A stretch of DNA of 64,000 bases from Lama glama (Eukaryota): positions 72,232,001 to 72,296,000 of the forward strand of contig CM052817.1 in assembly GCA_028534125.1 (NCBI GenBank), in the 5' to 3' direction. The position numbers and the translations under genes were made by a program. Within the stretch, counting starts at the first letter, position 1. Every line of letters starts with the position of its first letter. Of the stretch, positions 48,815 to 61,520 are shown one piece after another. A model generated the notes under the pieces. That model saw nothing but the letters and a program-made list of their open reading frames with translations. It did not search any database and was not told the origin of the DNA.

Positions 48815-50340
48815 AGTAAATCATTCACTTATTCATTTACTGTTTGTTATTGAATGGACACTCTCTACTCTGGGCACTGTGTTGGGCCTTTGGATTACAT
48901 AGTGAGGCAAAACCGTTATAGTTTCTGTCCTGAGTCAGACTACATGCTTGTGGAAGACAGACAAACACTCACGTTACCATGTAAAACTGCAACCGGGGCA
49001 AATACTTAAAAAAAAAAGAAGAAGAAGAAGAGTGATATTATACTGTATGGGGATTTGATCTTTTCAGAGAAGTCAAAGAAGCTTTTTCTTAAGCAAGTGA
49101 CACGAGTTCAGATCCGAAATTTAAATAGGAATTAGGTAGGTAAAGAGGGATGGAAATGTGTCAGTCTGAGGGAACAGCATAAACAAAAGCACTGTGACAG
49201 AACAAACGCTGGTGAATATACATGAGCCAAAAGCCAGTATGACTGGAGCAAGAAGAAGAGAGGTGATGATGGTTCCAGATAAGACAGGGAAAGGCTAACA
49301 ATTCAGACCATGTGAGTCCTTATAGATCATGCTGAGCTGTGACTACATATGAGCAACGGGAAAATATTGGAGAATTTTTAGCAAGAGGATGATACAAGTT
49401 GATTTACTTCTAGAAGAGATTGCTTTGGTTACTTTATGGAGAATGTGTGGGGAGGGTACCAGAATAGATGGAGGAAGACAAATTAGTAGAAGTAAACAGA
49501 TTAGTAGGATAAAGCAATAGAGGTGAGATGATGAAAGCTTGGCGTAAGGTGGTGATGGGGGGCCAAGGACATGGAAGGAGACGAAAAATATTTAGTAGGT
49601 AAAATTGACAAATTGAATTGAAGGAGAGTGAGATATCAGAAAATAATCTTAGCTTTTTGGCCGGTATAACTGGACAGATGATTAGGTCATTCTTTGGTTA
49701 GAGAAACGAGGCAATGGAAAAATCATGAGTATAGTTTTGTTTGTATTGAATTAGTGATGCTTTTGAGATAGTCAAGAAAAGATGTTAATTGATCAGAACA
49801 ACCTATAAATCAGAAGCTCAGAGGAGGAGCCTGACCTGGAGTTAAATTTCAAAAATCATCTCTATATAGTTGAATGAGACCATTTGGGAAGAGAATATAG
49901 GATGAGAGGTAGAGATGGGTTAGATCCTAGGCTCAAGAAGCATACAGACATGCAATAGACAAATAGAGGAGGATGAGTCTGGCAAAGAGGAGAATCCAGA
50001 GAGGTAGGTAGAAAACAGGAGAGGTTTATATCTCAAAAGCTAAGGAAAAAGCCTATTTTAAGAAGGACATGGTCAACCATGTAGAATACTGCTGAAAGTT
50101 GAAATGTGATGAGGATTGAAAAAATATGGAGGCCGCTTATAGTTTTTAAAAGATGGTTTGAAGCCAGAGTGAAATAGACTCAGAATGGAGATGTAGGTTA
50201 AAAATTGGAAGGAGAGAATAGTGCTAACTCTTCTAGAAACTTGTCAGTAAAAGGGATAAGATTATGAGGAAGAACATACATGTGGACAAAAGTAAAGAAT
50301 TGTTTTTAATTTGTAAAAAGCATCAATTGATGTAAAAGTT
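48815..50340 (-). mobile_element. Long L2 fragment
   Basis: Begins tcattcacttattcattt..ttattgaatg..gggcactgtgttgggc (L2 3' end reversed), followed by ~1.5 kb of purine-rich antisense L2 body. Confidence 0.85.
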
Positions 50341-52984
50341 TTAAGATCCACGTTGCTCTTGGAGCTCTCCTAGGAAATACCTGCAAATCAGTGGGGAGGA
50401 GAAGTGGAGTGAAGATTCCAAAGTTTCATGATGCCTTTGGGGAACGCTGGCAATTATTAAGATCATTTAAGTTTCAAAGACAAGCTAATCTTACACTTAG
50501 CATGGCTAAGTTTACTAGAAAACTGATGATTAATACCTTTTAGCTGAATCCTTTAAAAGACAGGATTCATTTGAATGGAAATGTATGTAAAATGTCCTGT
50601 ATAATATCCTGATCCTCAAATGCAGTGCACTGGTCATGATTTCACTCTACTTCATGACTTGAAATTACTATGATCACTAATCATTCAATGTGTTACAGTA
50701 TAGTGATTTTCTTTGGGTTTATTATTAATTTGTTGGCCTCTCTGCTATATATCTCCATTTAACTTTTTAAAACTTTATACTTCTTCTTTTAAAAGACTGC
50801 CTCTCTTCTGTTGCTGTAAATAATCACCTTTTCACTTTTTACTATAATCAGCAATTTCTAGTTTCTTCTGTACAAGATATTACACCTTTCTAGATGTTAA
50901 AATGGTGTGTAACATACAGGTAAAGTCAGAGAGAGAGAGAAAGAGATTAAGGCTTTTTCTAATGAGTAATATTCATTAGATAAGGTTTATGAGCTAAATA
51001 TTTTTATTTACTTTTACTTCCTTTGAGGCCTTTATTACTTTCCAGTCTCTTCTGTGTTTTGCTTGAAAATGTGCGCATGTTTCTCACTCTATTTGTACTT
51101 TTATTGATTATCACCTCTGGCACGTGTAAGGTCCTAAAAGTCATTGCTGAGTTGAATTGTCATAAAAAGAAAGGTATGTTTTTGTGTTGTTTTTGTTTTG
51201 GCTAAGTATTCATACCTAAAGGTTTGTTTTCCTATATCTAGATAGGAAGTCACAACCTGTATTTTGTTTTCGCTGTAAAATTGTGCCAATAACATCTAAC
51301 TAGGGAACACGAGGAAATTTCTTGGCTCGTATATCAGAATAGGTCAGGCTTCCACAGGTAAGTCAGGCTTCAGGGGAAGGAGAGAATGTAAACTTCATGA
51401 GGGCAGGGATTTTTGTTTTGTGGAATTTTTTTTTTGACAGTATGTATTTATCAACTGTGTCCTGGTTTGTAACACAATTGACAAGGAATGGAATGGATGT
51501 TGCAGAGACAATCAAAACACTCATTTACTCTCCTTCTAAGGTTAAAATGAGGATTAAAGGAAACACTGCACACAGATTGCCCAGTTAAGTGCCTCTTGTA
51601 CAGTAAACACTGTATAAATGCTGATGGTTATTATTGCTATGATGATCAAGTCTATATGTTTATCACTTCTAAATGTACTTGACAAAAATAAGCATAGTGG
51701 GGCAAAAAAAGCAAAACTAGACTTATTACACAATTTCAACTTTGTTATACTTTATTTTATATCCATCAAAAAGTTTACTTAAGGGAATTGAAGAAAGAGA
51801 GTTGTCTTGAAGACCCTGCTATCATGGATGAAGAGGATAAGGAAAAAGCACAAATGATGTGTGTGCTAGTGGTACAGGAAGGCGAGTTTTGGATTTCTGG
51901 AGCTCTGATTTGTCTAAACAGATGTCCTCATCATGGAAGTTATTGTAGTCTCCACTTAACCAGATGGGATACCAAATTCCCTGTTGTGTTCAGAACTGGC
52001 AGGGCTCATTAAGTTGGCTTTAAATTGGGTATTAAAGGAGGATCTTTTGCTTAGCCCAAATAATCTCAACATGCACAATGGAGAGAAGAGGGACTTCTAC
52101 AAGCGGAGATGAAATATAAGATAAGTGATAAGTAATATTAACATACTGGACTTAATTGTCTATAAGTAACTACAAAGTAAATGGCAAATTAAAAAGATTA
52201 ACTGGAAATGTTTTTAAATGATGGAGAATATGACCTATTAAGCATAATAAAAATAGAAAGATAACATTTTCTGAAGAAGAATGCCAAAGCTGGTAGGTGA
52301 AATAGACTTTACAAAGAAGACTAAGGGGAAATTAAACCTGAGGAAGAAGAATTGTGTATAAGGTCCCCAAAATAGAAGAAGGTACCTTGATGTTTAATAA
52401 TGGTAATGCCAGGTAAAGTCTTCTGATAAGAGATACAAAAGATGAAAACAGAAAGCTGTGGTTGGCACACGCTCAGACACAGGTGGCGGGCATTTCAACC
52501 TTTTAGTTCTTAAATCTCCTGGATCAGGGACTATTTCAGACTTTTTCAAATAGAAAGCATTATGATATCAAATGTATAATATTTATATATGTTGATTCAT
52601 GTAATAATCAACAAATATATCAGTTATGGGCCGAGAGCAATGAACTATTAGCGGAGATGGTATTGGTAATAGTAAAATTATATTCTTTGGAAATAATAAA
52701 ACCTAAAAAGATATGGGACTTATTTTACTAAACAAGATTACTTTACTTTGTTGTACTTATTTTACTTAACAAGTTTTGCAGGTGATATATGCAGACAGTT
52801 AACAAATCTAGTGAAGAAACAATGGGCTATTGGATGTTACCTACATGATATGTGATTATAAGGAATAAACTACATTGATTAACTGAGTCTGAATCTCCAG
52901 AGATTGTGAGAGGCAGCAGATCCATTATGTTTATGACTGAAAAAGAATATCAAATATGAACAGTAGCTATTTTAATATATTGGT

Positions 52985-53170
52985 ATTGAACACAGGTTTC
53001 AAATTTATTTAAGGGTGTGTGACCTCGGGCACATTACTAGTCTCTTTACACCTCATTGTTCTATTCTAGACAATAGGGGCACTGCTTACCTGGTGTTCTG
53101 GGAGATAAAATAATGCTTTGCAGCTCTAGCATAGTGGTCGGCCCATAATGGGAACTAAAAATAACGACAG
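52985..53170 (+). mobile_element. MIR SINE
   Basis: tgtgtgacctcgggcacattactagtctcttta..cctca.. (MIR core). Confidence 0.65.
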
Positions 53171-54240
53171 CTAAAAACTGAAGTTTAATTTCACAATTAT
53201 CAAAATTAATCAGACCAAATTTTACTCTGGAAAGGTGAAACTAGGTAGAGAGAAACAATACAATAATAATTTCTGTTTTCACATGCGATTAATTGGGCCA
53301 ATATTAACTAATTCATAAAGCTAGTCTCTTCTGACAAAGGAAAGAGAGAAGTGAAACTCAGGGAAGATAAATCACTTGTCCCAAATCACAAGACGCCTGA
53401 GAATTGTTCTGAAACAATGTGTGGAAGTTTCCAAGTATTAGTTTTGTGAACTTCTATGCCATTTATGGATCTTGATAAATATTCTTTAAAAAATATTTAG
53501 TAGTTGAATATAAAGAATTATACTCCTAAAGAAGTGTGGAAATCTATTTTAAACATTTTAAAAATACATATTTCTTAAACTCATAATTCAGGAATGGAGA
53601 ACTTTAATTTCCTTTAGCTTTAAGACAAGGGCCTTAATATATTTAAAACAGTTATGGTAATGTGTATCCAAAGCATCTTCTTACTAAATTTTGGGGGAGG
53701 ATACCCTAGTAACACAATCAAGGAATTCAGTTCACAGCAAAAGTAATAAAATGATATCTCTTGGCTTTAGTTCCAAAAATAAGCGCCAGCAACTTGTTTC
53801 TAAACTCTTTCCTATATTCACACTATGATTACTAAGTATCTATTATGAATCAGGTACCATGCTAGCCTTTGGATACATAATAATGAGCCCAAACAGATCA
53901 AGTCTCCCTGGATCAGATTATAGATTCCCTTCTAAAATTACCATTCCAAAATTACTCTCCCAAGTATGGCTTTTTCACTATTGCTTTCCCCCTTTCTTTC
54001 TGAGTCTTCCTACCTCCTCTTCATATCTCCTAATATGGACACAAAGTCTCCTTGCAAAATCCTAGCCATGAAATGTTCCCATTTTATCATTTTTAAAATG
54101 CACCCAAATTATATTCTGACTCCTTAGTTTGACACCAAGTGCTTTCATGAACTTTGTCCATTCCCTCTCTAAACTAATGTTCTTGGCTTCCATCCATGGC
54201 TCCCATGTTCTTATTACACTGAACTTCTCACTTCTCTACT

Positions 54241-55124
54241 GACAAGCAATTCTCCAAGGAGGAAATACAAATGATCAATAGATACATGAAAAAATGCTCA
54301 ATATCACTAACTATCAGAGAAATGCAAATCAAAACCACCATGAAGTATCACCTCACACCAGTCAGAATGGCCATCATTCAAAAGTCCACAAATGACAAAA
54401 GCTGGAGAGGCTGTGGAGAAAAGGGAACCCTCCTACACTGCTGGTGGGAATGCAGTTTGGTGCAGCCACTGTGGAAAACAGTAGGANNNNNNNNNNNNNN
54501 NNNNNNNNNNNNNNNNNNNNNNNNNNNNNNNNNNNNNNNNNNNNNNNNNNNNNNNNNNNNNNNNNNNNNNNNNNNNNNNNNNNNNNAGACAGACATGGAA
54601 ACAGCCTAAATGTCCATCAACAGATGACTGGATAAAGAAGATGTGGTGTGTTTATACAATGGAATACTATACAGCTGTAAAATGACAACATAACACCATT
54701 TGCAACAACATGGGTGTCCCTGGAAAATGTCATTCTAAGTGAAGTAAGCCAAAAAGAGAAAAAAAAATACCATCTGAGATCACTCATATGTGGAATCTTA
54801 AAAAAAAAAACAAAAATACAAAAGAGAAACAGACTCATAGACACAGAATACAAACTTGTGGTTGCCAAGGGGGCGGGGAGTGGGAAGGGGCAGACTGGGA
54901 TTTCAAAATTTGTAGATACTGACAGGAATATGCAGAATAGATAAACAAGATTATACTGCATAGCACAGGGAAATATATACAAGATCTTGTGGTAGCTCAC
55001 AGTGAAAAAAAATGTGCCAATGAATATATGTATGTTCATGTATAACTGAAAAATTGTGCTCTACACTAGAATTTGACAGAACATTGTAAAATAACTATAA
55101 CTCAATAAAAAAATGTTAAAAAAA
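54241..55124 (+). mobile_element. Young 5'-truncated LINE-1 (ORF2 C-terminus plus 3' UTR) spanning an assembly gap
   Basis: ORF 54271.. [60 protein letters not shown] matches the L1 ORF2p cysteine-rich C-terminus. The 3' UTR ends ctcaataaaaaaatgttaaaaaaa. Confidence 0.97.
54487..54586. other. Assembly gap (100 N)
   Basis: Run of exactly 100 n. Confidence 1.
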
Positions 55125-56519
55125 TTTGCCCACATTGCCTCTGTCTGGATATAGCCTCCTTTTTTTTTTTTTTAATGACATGGCCATACTCAAGATTAAG
55201 TCATAGAATCGTCTTTAACTCTTCCTGAAATGACAGGTAGTTTCCTACTGTCTATGATACATTGCTAAACTATTTGTAAGACATCAAACTGTAGAGAAGG
55301 TTTCAATCCCAGATTAAACATCAACTTCTTTGTCACTTCTAATGATTCCCAAATTTGCCTAAATCACAAAAATTTTATGAGAACTAAGCTTCTTATGACT
55401 AGTGCTTTCCTGGTACCTTCATTTTTTCCCATGTTTAAACATTTCTATAAGAAAGCAAAAGTAATTTACAAATAAAGAGTCAAACATGTATCAAACGCCA
55501 CTGAACACACAAAGATGATAAGACTACATAAATGGAATGTTTAGCCTCCTGAGTCACTGATAGCCTTGGTATGACTGGTTCACTTGGATACTTAAAAGGC
55601 AACTTGAGGTTGCCAGAGTAAAATAAACAAAAAAGTCAAATTATTGTAAAAGTTGAATGAATGGACATTGAGGATAGCCTCCAGTGATGAAAAGAGCTTT
55701 CACTCATACCATGTAAGGGAGTTTGCTAACGACTTCATGTTTTCCACACAATCCGCTGAGGTAGTTGTCAGTAACGATACACCTTACAGAGGAGTGAGCG
55801 CATCGTGCCCTCAGTCACACAGCTGTTTGGTGACACTACTAGGCTACAAGCCCTGGCCTTTTTGGTTACAAGACCATTTGTACTTATTCCCTTCCTAGGT
55901 AGTGTTGACTATTCCCTTTCCTGTGCCTGGTCAGTCTGCTATCATAGTTACTGAATTGTTTCACATTTGATGATCGCTAGACACTAGACTGCAGACTCTT
56001 CCAGGGTAGTTCCAAATCTAAAGGCATTTGGTAGCTCCAAAGCCTTGCTGACAACTCCATCATGAGTGTTGAATAGATAAATGAATGGGTGAATGAACTA
56101 AATAACTGTAAGCGTGTGTACAATAAAAATGATGGTACATAGAGCCAGAGGGTTGCTCTTTTTCATCAATTTACAGACATTTCATGGACAGCTAACTTGG
56201 AGTATTTTTCTGTTATCCTTCTATAGGGAATATAAACCTAATTCTGCAGTTTAAAGTGGGATTTAAATAGGGCAGCATCTGCTCTCTTTTTCCATGAAAA
56301 GCGATAATTTATAAAAACAAATGGGACAATGCAGGGATGTACTTAGATTGTCAGGCTAAAGGTGCCTCTCATCTCAGTGCCTCTCTTGCTGATCGTACTG
56401 AGGACTGTTTGGAGGGAAACAAAGATCTTCTCCTCCCAACTGTTGATTTCAAAGGGCTTAGAATAGCATTTCCATATTCCACTTCTGAATCTGTTCTGTA
56501 CACCTAACTTTAAAATTTT

Positions 56520-56554
56520 TACACTTGATCTTAGCCAAAAGGCCGAGAAGCGAT
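56520..56554 (-). pseudogene. RNU2: 3'-truncated U2 snRNA retro-pseudogene (U2 nt 1-35)
   Basis: Reverse complement ATCGCTTCTCGGCCTTTTGGCTAAGATCAAGTGTA matches the U2 snRNA 5' end. Flanked by direct repeat taactttaaaattttta at 56505-56521 and 56554-56570. Confidence 0.96.
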
Positions 56555-56751
56555 AACTTTAAAATTTTTAAAGTCACCGAACCCATGTGTATTTAGCACC
56601 TGTAATCATATAATGAAATACAGAACTTTGTATATTTACCACCCAATATATAATAGACTTCTGTTAGCATCACCACAAACCCTTTCAAGACTGAAGGAGT
56701 TCTTTCTTTTCCTGCCATTCAGGACTTTATTACCTGTTAGTTTTTATCATT

Positions 56752-56997
56752 TTTTTTCTTTTTTTTTAATTGAAGTGTAGTCAGTTTACAGTGTTGCATC
56801 AATTTCTGGTGTACAGCATGATGTTTCAGTCATACGTATACATACATATATTCCTTTCCATATTCCTTTTCATTATAAGTTACTACATGATATTAAATAT
56901 AGTTCCCTGTGCTATGCAGTAGAAACTTGTTGTTTATCTATTTTATATTCAGTAGTTAGTATCTGCAAACCTCAAACTCCCAGTTGGATAAATTGGG
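56752..56997 (-). mobile_element. L1 3' UTR insertion with TSD and 5' micro-inversion
   Basis: Poly-T, then antisense L1 3' UTR (aatatagttccctgtgctatgcagtag). TSD agttttta(t/g)c(a/c)tt at 56739-56751 and 56998-57010. Confidence 0.92.
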
Positions 56998-57689
56998 AGT
57001 TTTTAGCCTTCTTATACTCTCCATTTATTTAAAACTATAGGTGAAATTCCTAATTATATGCATGGAAGTATATTTAATCTCTATCATTTTAATTACCTTT
57101 ATCTTATTCCCTTCTGCCTTTGTTAGAAGCAGTAGCAAAAGATCCATACATTATTCTAGATCACTGGTGTTTAAAATGCTACCTATGTTCATTCTGAGAC
57201 ACAAAGATAGCCATCCACACTGTGACCAAGTCAGTATTGTCTGTGAATCACAATAAAGTCTGTGATATAAAAACACAAGCTAGGGATAAGTTATTTTGTT
57301 TAATTGTGTCTGTGTAACAAAGTTCCAACCAAATACAGTATCTATCAACATTTCTGGGATGAGTCAAGACTGTAGAAGGCCCACAGGAACACTTCCTACT
57401 TATCAACTATTGTTAACATGCTAACTATTATCTCTTGTGGTCACTTTGCCACTAAAAAGTTGTTCTAGAAGAAGCATAATTTTGGACTCTCTTTCTCCTG
57501 TGAGTTAGTCATCTGATCCTTCTGATCATTGCTGGAGGCTTCGGTCAGGCACAACACGAGGATTGCTGCTGCTACTGATTTTGTTAACATTGCTCTTTAA
57601 GTTGTAGCCAGTGTGAGATGCAATTCTGTCTGTCCTCTTCGGTACTAGAGAAATAGTATTCTGTGTAGGTGTATTGCCGTGGGTAAAAT

Positions 57690-58310
57690 GGACACCTCAA
57701 AAGAATAAACTAGAAAGCCCAAAATAAATGTAAAAATACATACAATTTTAGAAGTGTATGAAGATGGTCTCTCAAAAAATTGGCAAGGTTTATTAACCAC
57801 TCAGTAAATGATATTGAGAAAACAGGATAACTATTGCTTAAAAATAAAGTGATAGCCATAATTCTAACAAAATACCAAAGTTAATATGAACTGAATTAAT
57901 ACTGATGTGCATAAAATGAAACCATCAAATATGGAAAGAAAATATACTTTCTCTATTACATTGAGGGAAGAATGTCTAAGCATGCATTAGTCATAAAGGG
58001 AAAACATTAATAAATTTGCCCAAATAAACTTAATCTATTAATTTTACAAGTCAAATATACCATGCTCTGAGTTAATAACATATATAATAAATAAGGGTTG
58101 ATAGTCTTACCCTTAGAGGGCTTTTATGAAATTAATAAATACTTTAATAGAAAAATAAGAAAAAAACTTGAGGATGAATATCACAAAGAAAAAATATAAG
58201 CAGAAAACTTAAGAAATTAAACTATATTAGTATTCAAAGAAATGCAAATAGAAATATCACCAACACAATATTTTATGTATTAAATTAGAAATAAGATATT
58301 CATAAAGAAA
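57690..58310 (+). mobile_element. Old L1M ORF2-region fragment
   Basis: A-rich degenerate L1 (ataaactagaaagccc..aataagggttgatagtctta..agtattcaaagaaatgcaaat). Confidence 0.6.
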
Positions 58311-58314
58311 AAAG

Positions 58315-59060
58315 CCTTAATCTTCAATTAAATTTTTGTATGTGTAAGGTAGAGATCAAGATTTTCTGTTTTCTTATGAATATCCTATTGCTTCAGTGTG
58401 ATATATTGAAAAAAATTGTTTTCTCTTTGAATGGTGATGACACTTTTGTCACAGGTCAAGTAGATGCTTATGAACTAGTTTACATTTTGGTTCTTTGTTC
58501 TATTATCTTGGTTTATTTATCTACCTTTATACCAATATCACACTTACATAATCATTATGGATCTATCATGACTCTTGAAATTGTACAGTTTGTTTTAAAG
58601 ATTGGCTTATCTATTCTAAGTCCTTGGCATTTCCAAATATTAAAATTAGTTTATGTATTCTAACAAAAAGTTCTGCTATGATTTTTATATTTGTTTTATT
58701 GAATCTAAATCAAAAAATCTAAATCAACCTTGGAAAATCAATACTTCAACAATAGTGGATGTTCCAATCCAATTAAAATGTTATAATTCTCCATTTATTT
58801 AGATCATCTTTAATTTGACCAATATATTTTAGTGTTTATTGTAAAGGCATTCATATTCTTCTTTACCTTTACTTATTTGATATTTTTGGTACTTTTTTTA
58901 ATTGGCATTGTCTTTTAAATTTCAATTTCAAAAACTTTATTTTGTATACAGAATTTTTTTTCCGTTTTTCTATATTTTCCAGAGACCTTGCTAAGAGCCG
59001 CATTCTACTTTAATATATGTATAAATTGATTCAGATATTCTGTCTATAAAAATATGATAT
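58315..59060 (-). mobile_element. Old L1M fragment, antisense
   Basis: T-rich antisense L1 (tttataccaatatcacactt..ccttggcatttcca..gttccaatcca..ctccatttatttagatcatctttaattt). Confidence 0.75.
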
Positions 59061-59074
59061 TTTCATTAAAATTA

Positions 59075-60105
59075 ATAACTTCTACCACCTAAAGACATTA
59101 CTAAAAAAAAATAAAAGACAAGCCACAAACTAGGAAAAGGTATTTCACAATCTGATAAAGTCCTTTATTCACATTGCATGAGAAAAATCCTACAAGTCAG
59201 TAAGGAAAAGGCAACCTAACTTAAAATGGGAAAATTTGAATTTACAAAAAAATTACAAAGTGGCTAAAAAAACATATTTTTAAAAGTGCTTCATGCCATT
59301 ACTTATCAGACAAATGCTAATTGAAAATGCAATGAGATATATACCCATCAGAATGATTAAAATAAAAAAAGAAACTGATGATCTCAATTGTCAGTAGAGA
59401 TGCTAGAATTCTTAAACCTTGCTGATGAGAATATGAATTATTTTAAGCCTTTTGGAAAACCGTAGTATCTACCAAAGCTAAATATATGCCTACCCTAGTG
59501 AAAAAGCAATTTCACTCATAGATGAATTAAAAAAAAACGAGAGTGTAGGTCCACCGAATGATAAATACATGATTGTTGACAGCAGTTTTATTCTTAACAT
59601 TCTCAAACTGGGTCTAATCTGAATGTCCAAAATAAGAAACAGATAAACAGATTGAAGTATGTTCATATAGTGGAGTAGTATATAAAAAAGAAACTACTGG
59701 TGCACAGCAGGATGAATCTCAAAAACATTGCACTCGGTGCAAGAAGACATACACAAAAAAAATATATTGCATGTTTTCCTTAATTTTTTTAACATTTTTT
59801 ATCGATTTATAATCATTTTACAATGTTGTGTCAAATTCCAGTGTGTTTTCCTTAAGTTCAAGAAGAAACAAAATTAAAAAAAAAATACTTAGTCTTACAG
59901 TTTTAGAAGTCAGATTAGAATTTACCTCTGAGTTGGGAGGTATTAACTGGAGAGAAACAAGAGGAATCCTTCTGGGGGGTTAGCAGTGTTCTATATATTG
60001 ATCTGAGTTGTGGTTATGTAGGTGTATACATATGTAAAAATTCATGAGGCTGCACAGTTAAGATTTTGCAATTTACACAGTATAGATTGCATCTCAATTT
60101 AGAAA
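59075..60105 (+). mobile_element. Old L1M (MC/MD-like) 3' region
   Basis: aagacaagccacaaactaggaaaagg..cccatcagaatga..ggatgaatctcaaaaacatt..tgttctatatattgatctgag..catatgtaaaaattcat. Confidence 0.85.
59784..59843 (-). mobile_element. 60-bp extreme 3' end of a young L1, nested in the old L1
   Basis: Reverse complement cactggaatttgacacaacattgtaaaatgattataaatcgataaaaaatgttaaaaaaa closely matches 55064-55124. Perfect TSD tgttttccttaa at 59772-59783 and 59844-59855. Confidence 0.92.
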
Positions 60106-60449
60106 ACTGACAACATGGAAATGGGAATCTTACAAAATTCTAGTAGAAATGGAATAATTATTATCTGCCTGAGAGCAATTTCAAAATGTGATAAAAAAAT
60201 TTTTTTTTAAATGTCTGCACTCTGACCCAGTGAACTTTGCTTCTGGTGACTGATTTTAAGGGAAGAATCTGACAAGTGGCAAAAATATGTATATAAGATG
60301 ACAGTATTTTTTTTTTATGATAGTGATGAAAGCAAGAAGGAAAAGGTCTACATGTCTAAATGTCTGGATAATTACATTCTAGCCCCAAAATGAACCATTA
60401 GCCAGGCATTTAAAATTATAATAGAGAAAACTTTTTAAAAATCTAATAG

Positions 60450-60680
60450 TTTTGGAGAGTTCATTAAGTGTTATGTATTTGTACTATGTGCTTAATATGG
60501 ATTATACCATTTAATGTTTACTAGGAACTGATGGGTTGGGATAATTAAATCCCTTTTTACAGATGAAAGAATAGAGGCTTAGTAACTTGCTCACATATAC
60601 ACAGATAGTAAGTGTCAGAGTTAACAAGGAAACACAGGTTTGTTTGAATCCAGAGCCAGATTTTAATTAGTGTGATGCCG
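60450..60680 (-). mobile_element. MIR SINE
   Basis: ccctttttacagatgaaagaatagaggcttagtaacttgctca..cacagatagtaagtgtcagag..aatccagagcc. Confidence 0.75.
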
Positions 60681-61093
60681 TTTTGGCTTGGAATGATGCT
60701 CGTAATCTATTGTTAAAAGAAGGGTTGACTAGCCAAGCTGTATGAGTCATAGCATGATTTCATATGCATAAAAATGCACACACACATACACACGTGTGCG
60801 TGTGTAAAGTAAAACCTTGTGATAAAGCGCCTGTGATTGGCAGTTGGATACCAGACTCTCTGCTGTCCTTTCAGATAACTAGCTCTGCAGGTTCATCACC
60901 CTGTCTTTTCACTCATCTCACAATAAAATCTATCCACATTTTATATAACTAGAAATTTTAGACCCGATTTGTAGTGTATGGTAGAGTTTTAATGTGTAAA
61001 TACATATATGTGGGCAAATAAATCTATTTGGTAAACACACATCAAGCTGCTGATTCTGCTTCTTTTTTTGGGTTGGGGTTACAGATGATTTAT

Positions 61094-61116
61094 ACACACA
61101 CACACACACACACACA
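61094..61116. repeat. (AC)n microsatellite
   Basis: About 11 AC units seen directly. Confidence 0.9.
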
Positions 61117-61289
61117 TATGTTTTGTTGATTTGAACTTTCTACTTCTAAACTGGATGCACAAATTGATATTATTAACAGAAAAAGTCCCACAGGAGAGGT
61201 GATGATGTGTTTTAACAAAAGAGTAACCTGTTTTTTAATTGATGCCCTGTCATCCAACTGAATGACCTTTGACTTTATACTTAACAGTA

Positions 61290-61520
61290 AATGCTAATGT
61301 TTATTGAGAACATAATTTGTACCAAGTACCTAATAAATGTCTCATGGATATATTGTCCCAGTTAATTTATACAACAATGAAGTGTCGTAAGTACTATTAT
61401 ATGTAGATTACATATGAGAAAACTGAAGCTCAGAGAGGTTAAGTAATTTGCTCAAAGCTACACAGTATGATTCTAGTCCAGAGAGTCTAACTCTGGGGAC
61501 TTGCTCCAAACTCTTAAATT
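61290..61520 (-). mobile_element. MIR SINE
   Basis: gctaatgtttattgag..tacatatgagaaaactgaagctcagagaggttaagtaatttgctcaaagctacacag. Confidence 0.8.

Noticed and set aside
54617..55039. Longest ORF in the track (140 aa, hydrophobic)
   Set aside because: It is the antisense reading of an L1 3' region.
56520..56554. Functional U2 snRNA gene
   Set aside because: Only 35 nt are present, with no Sm site or 3' stem-loops, and it is bounded by a target-site duplication.
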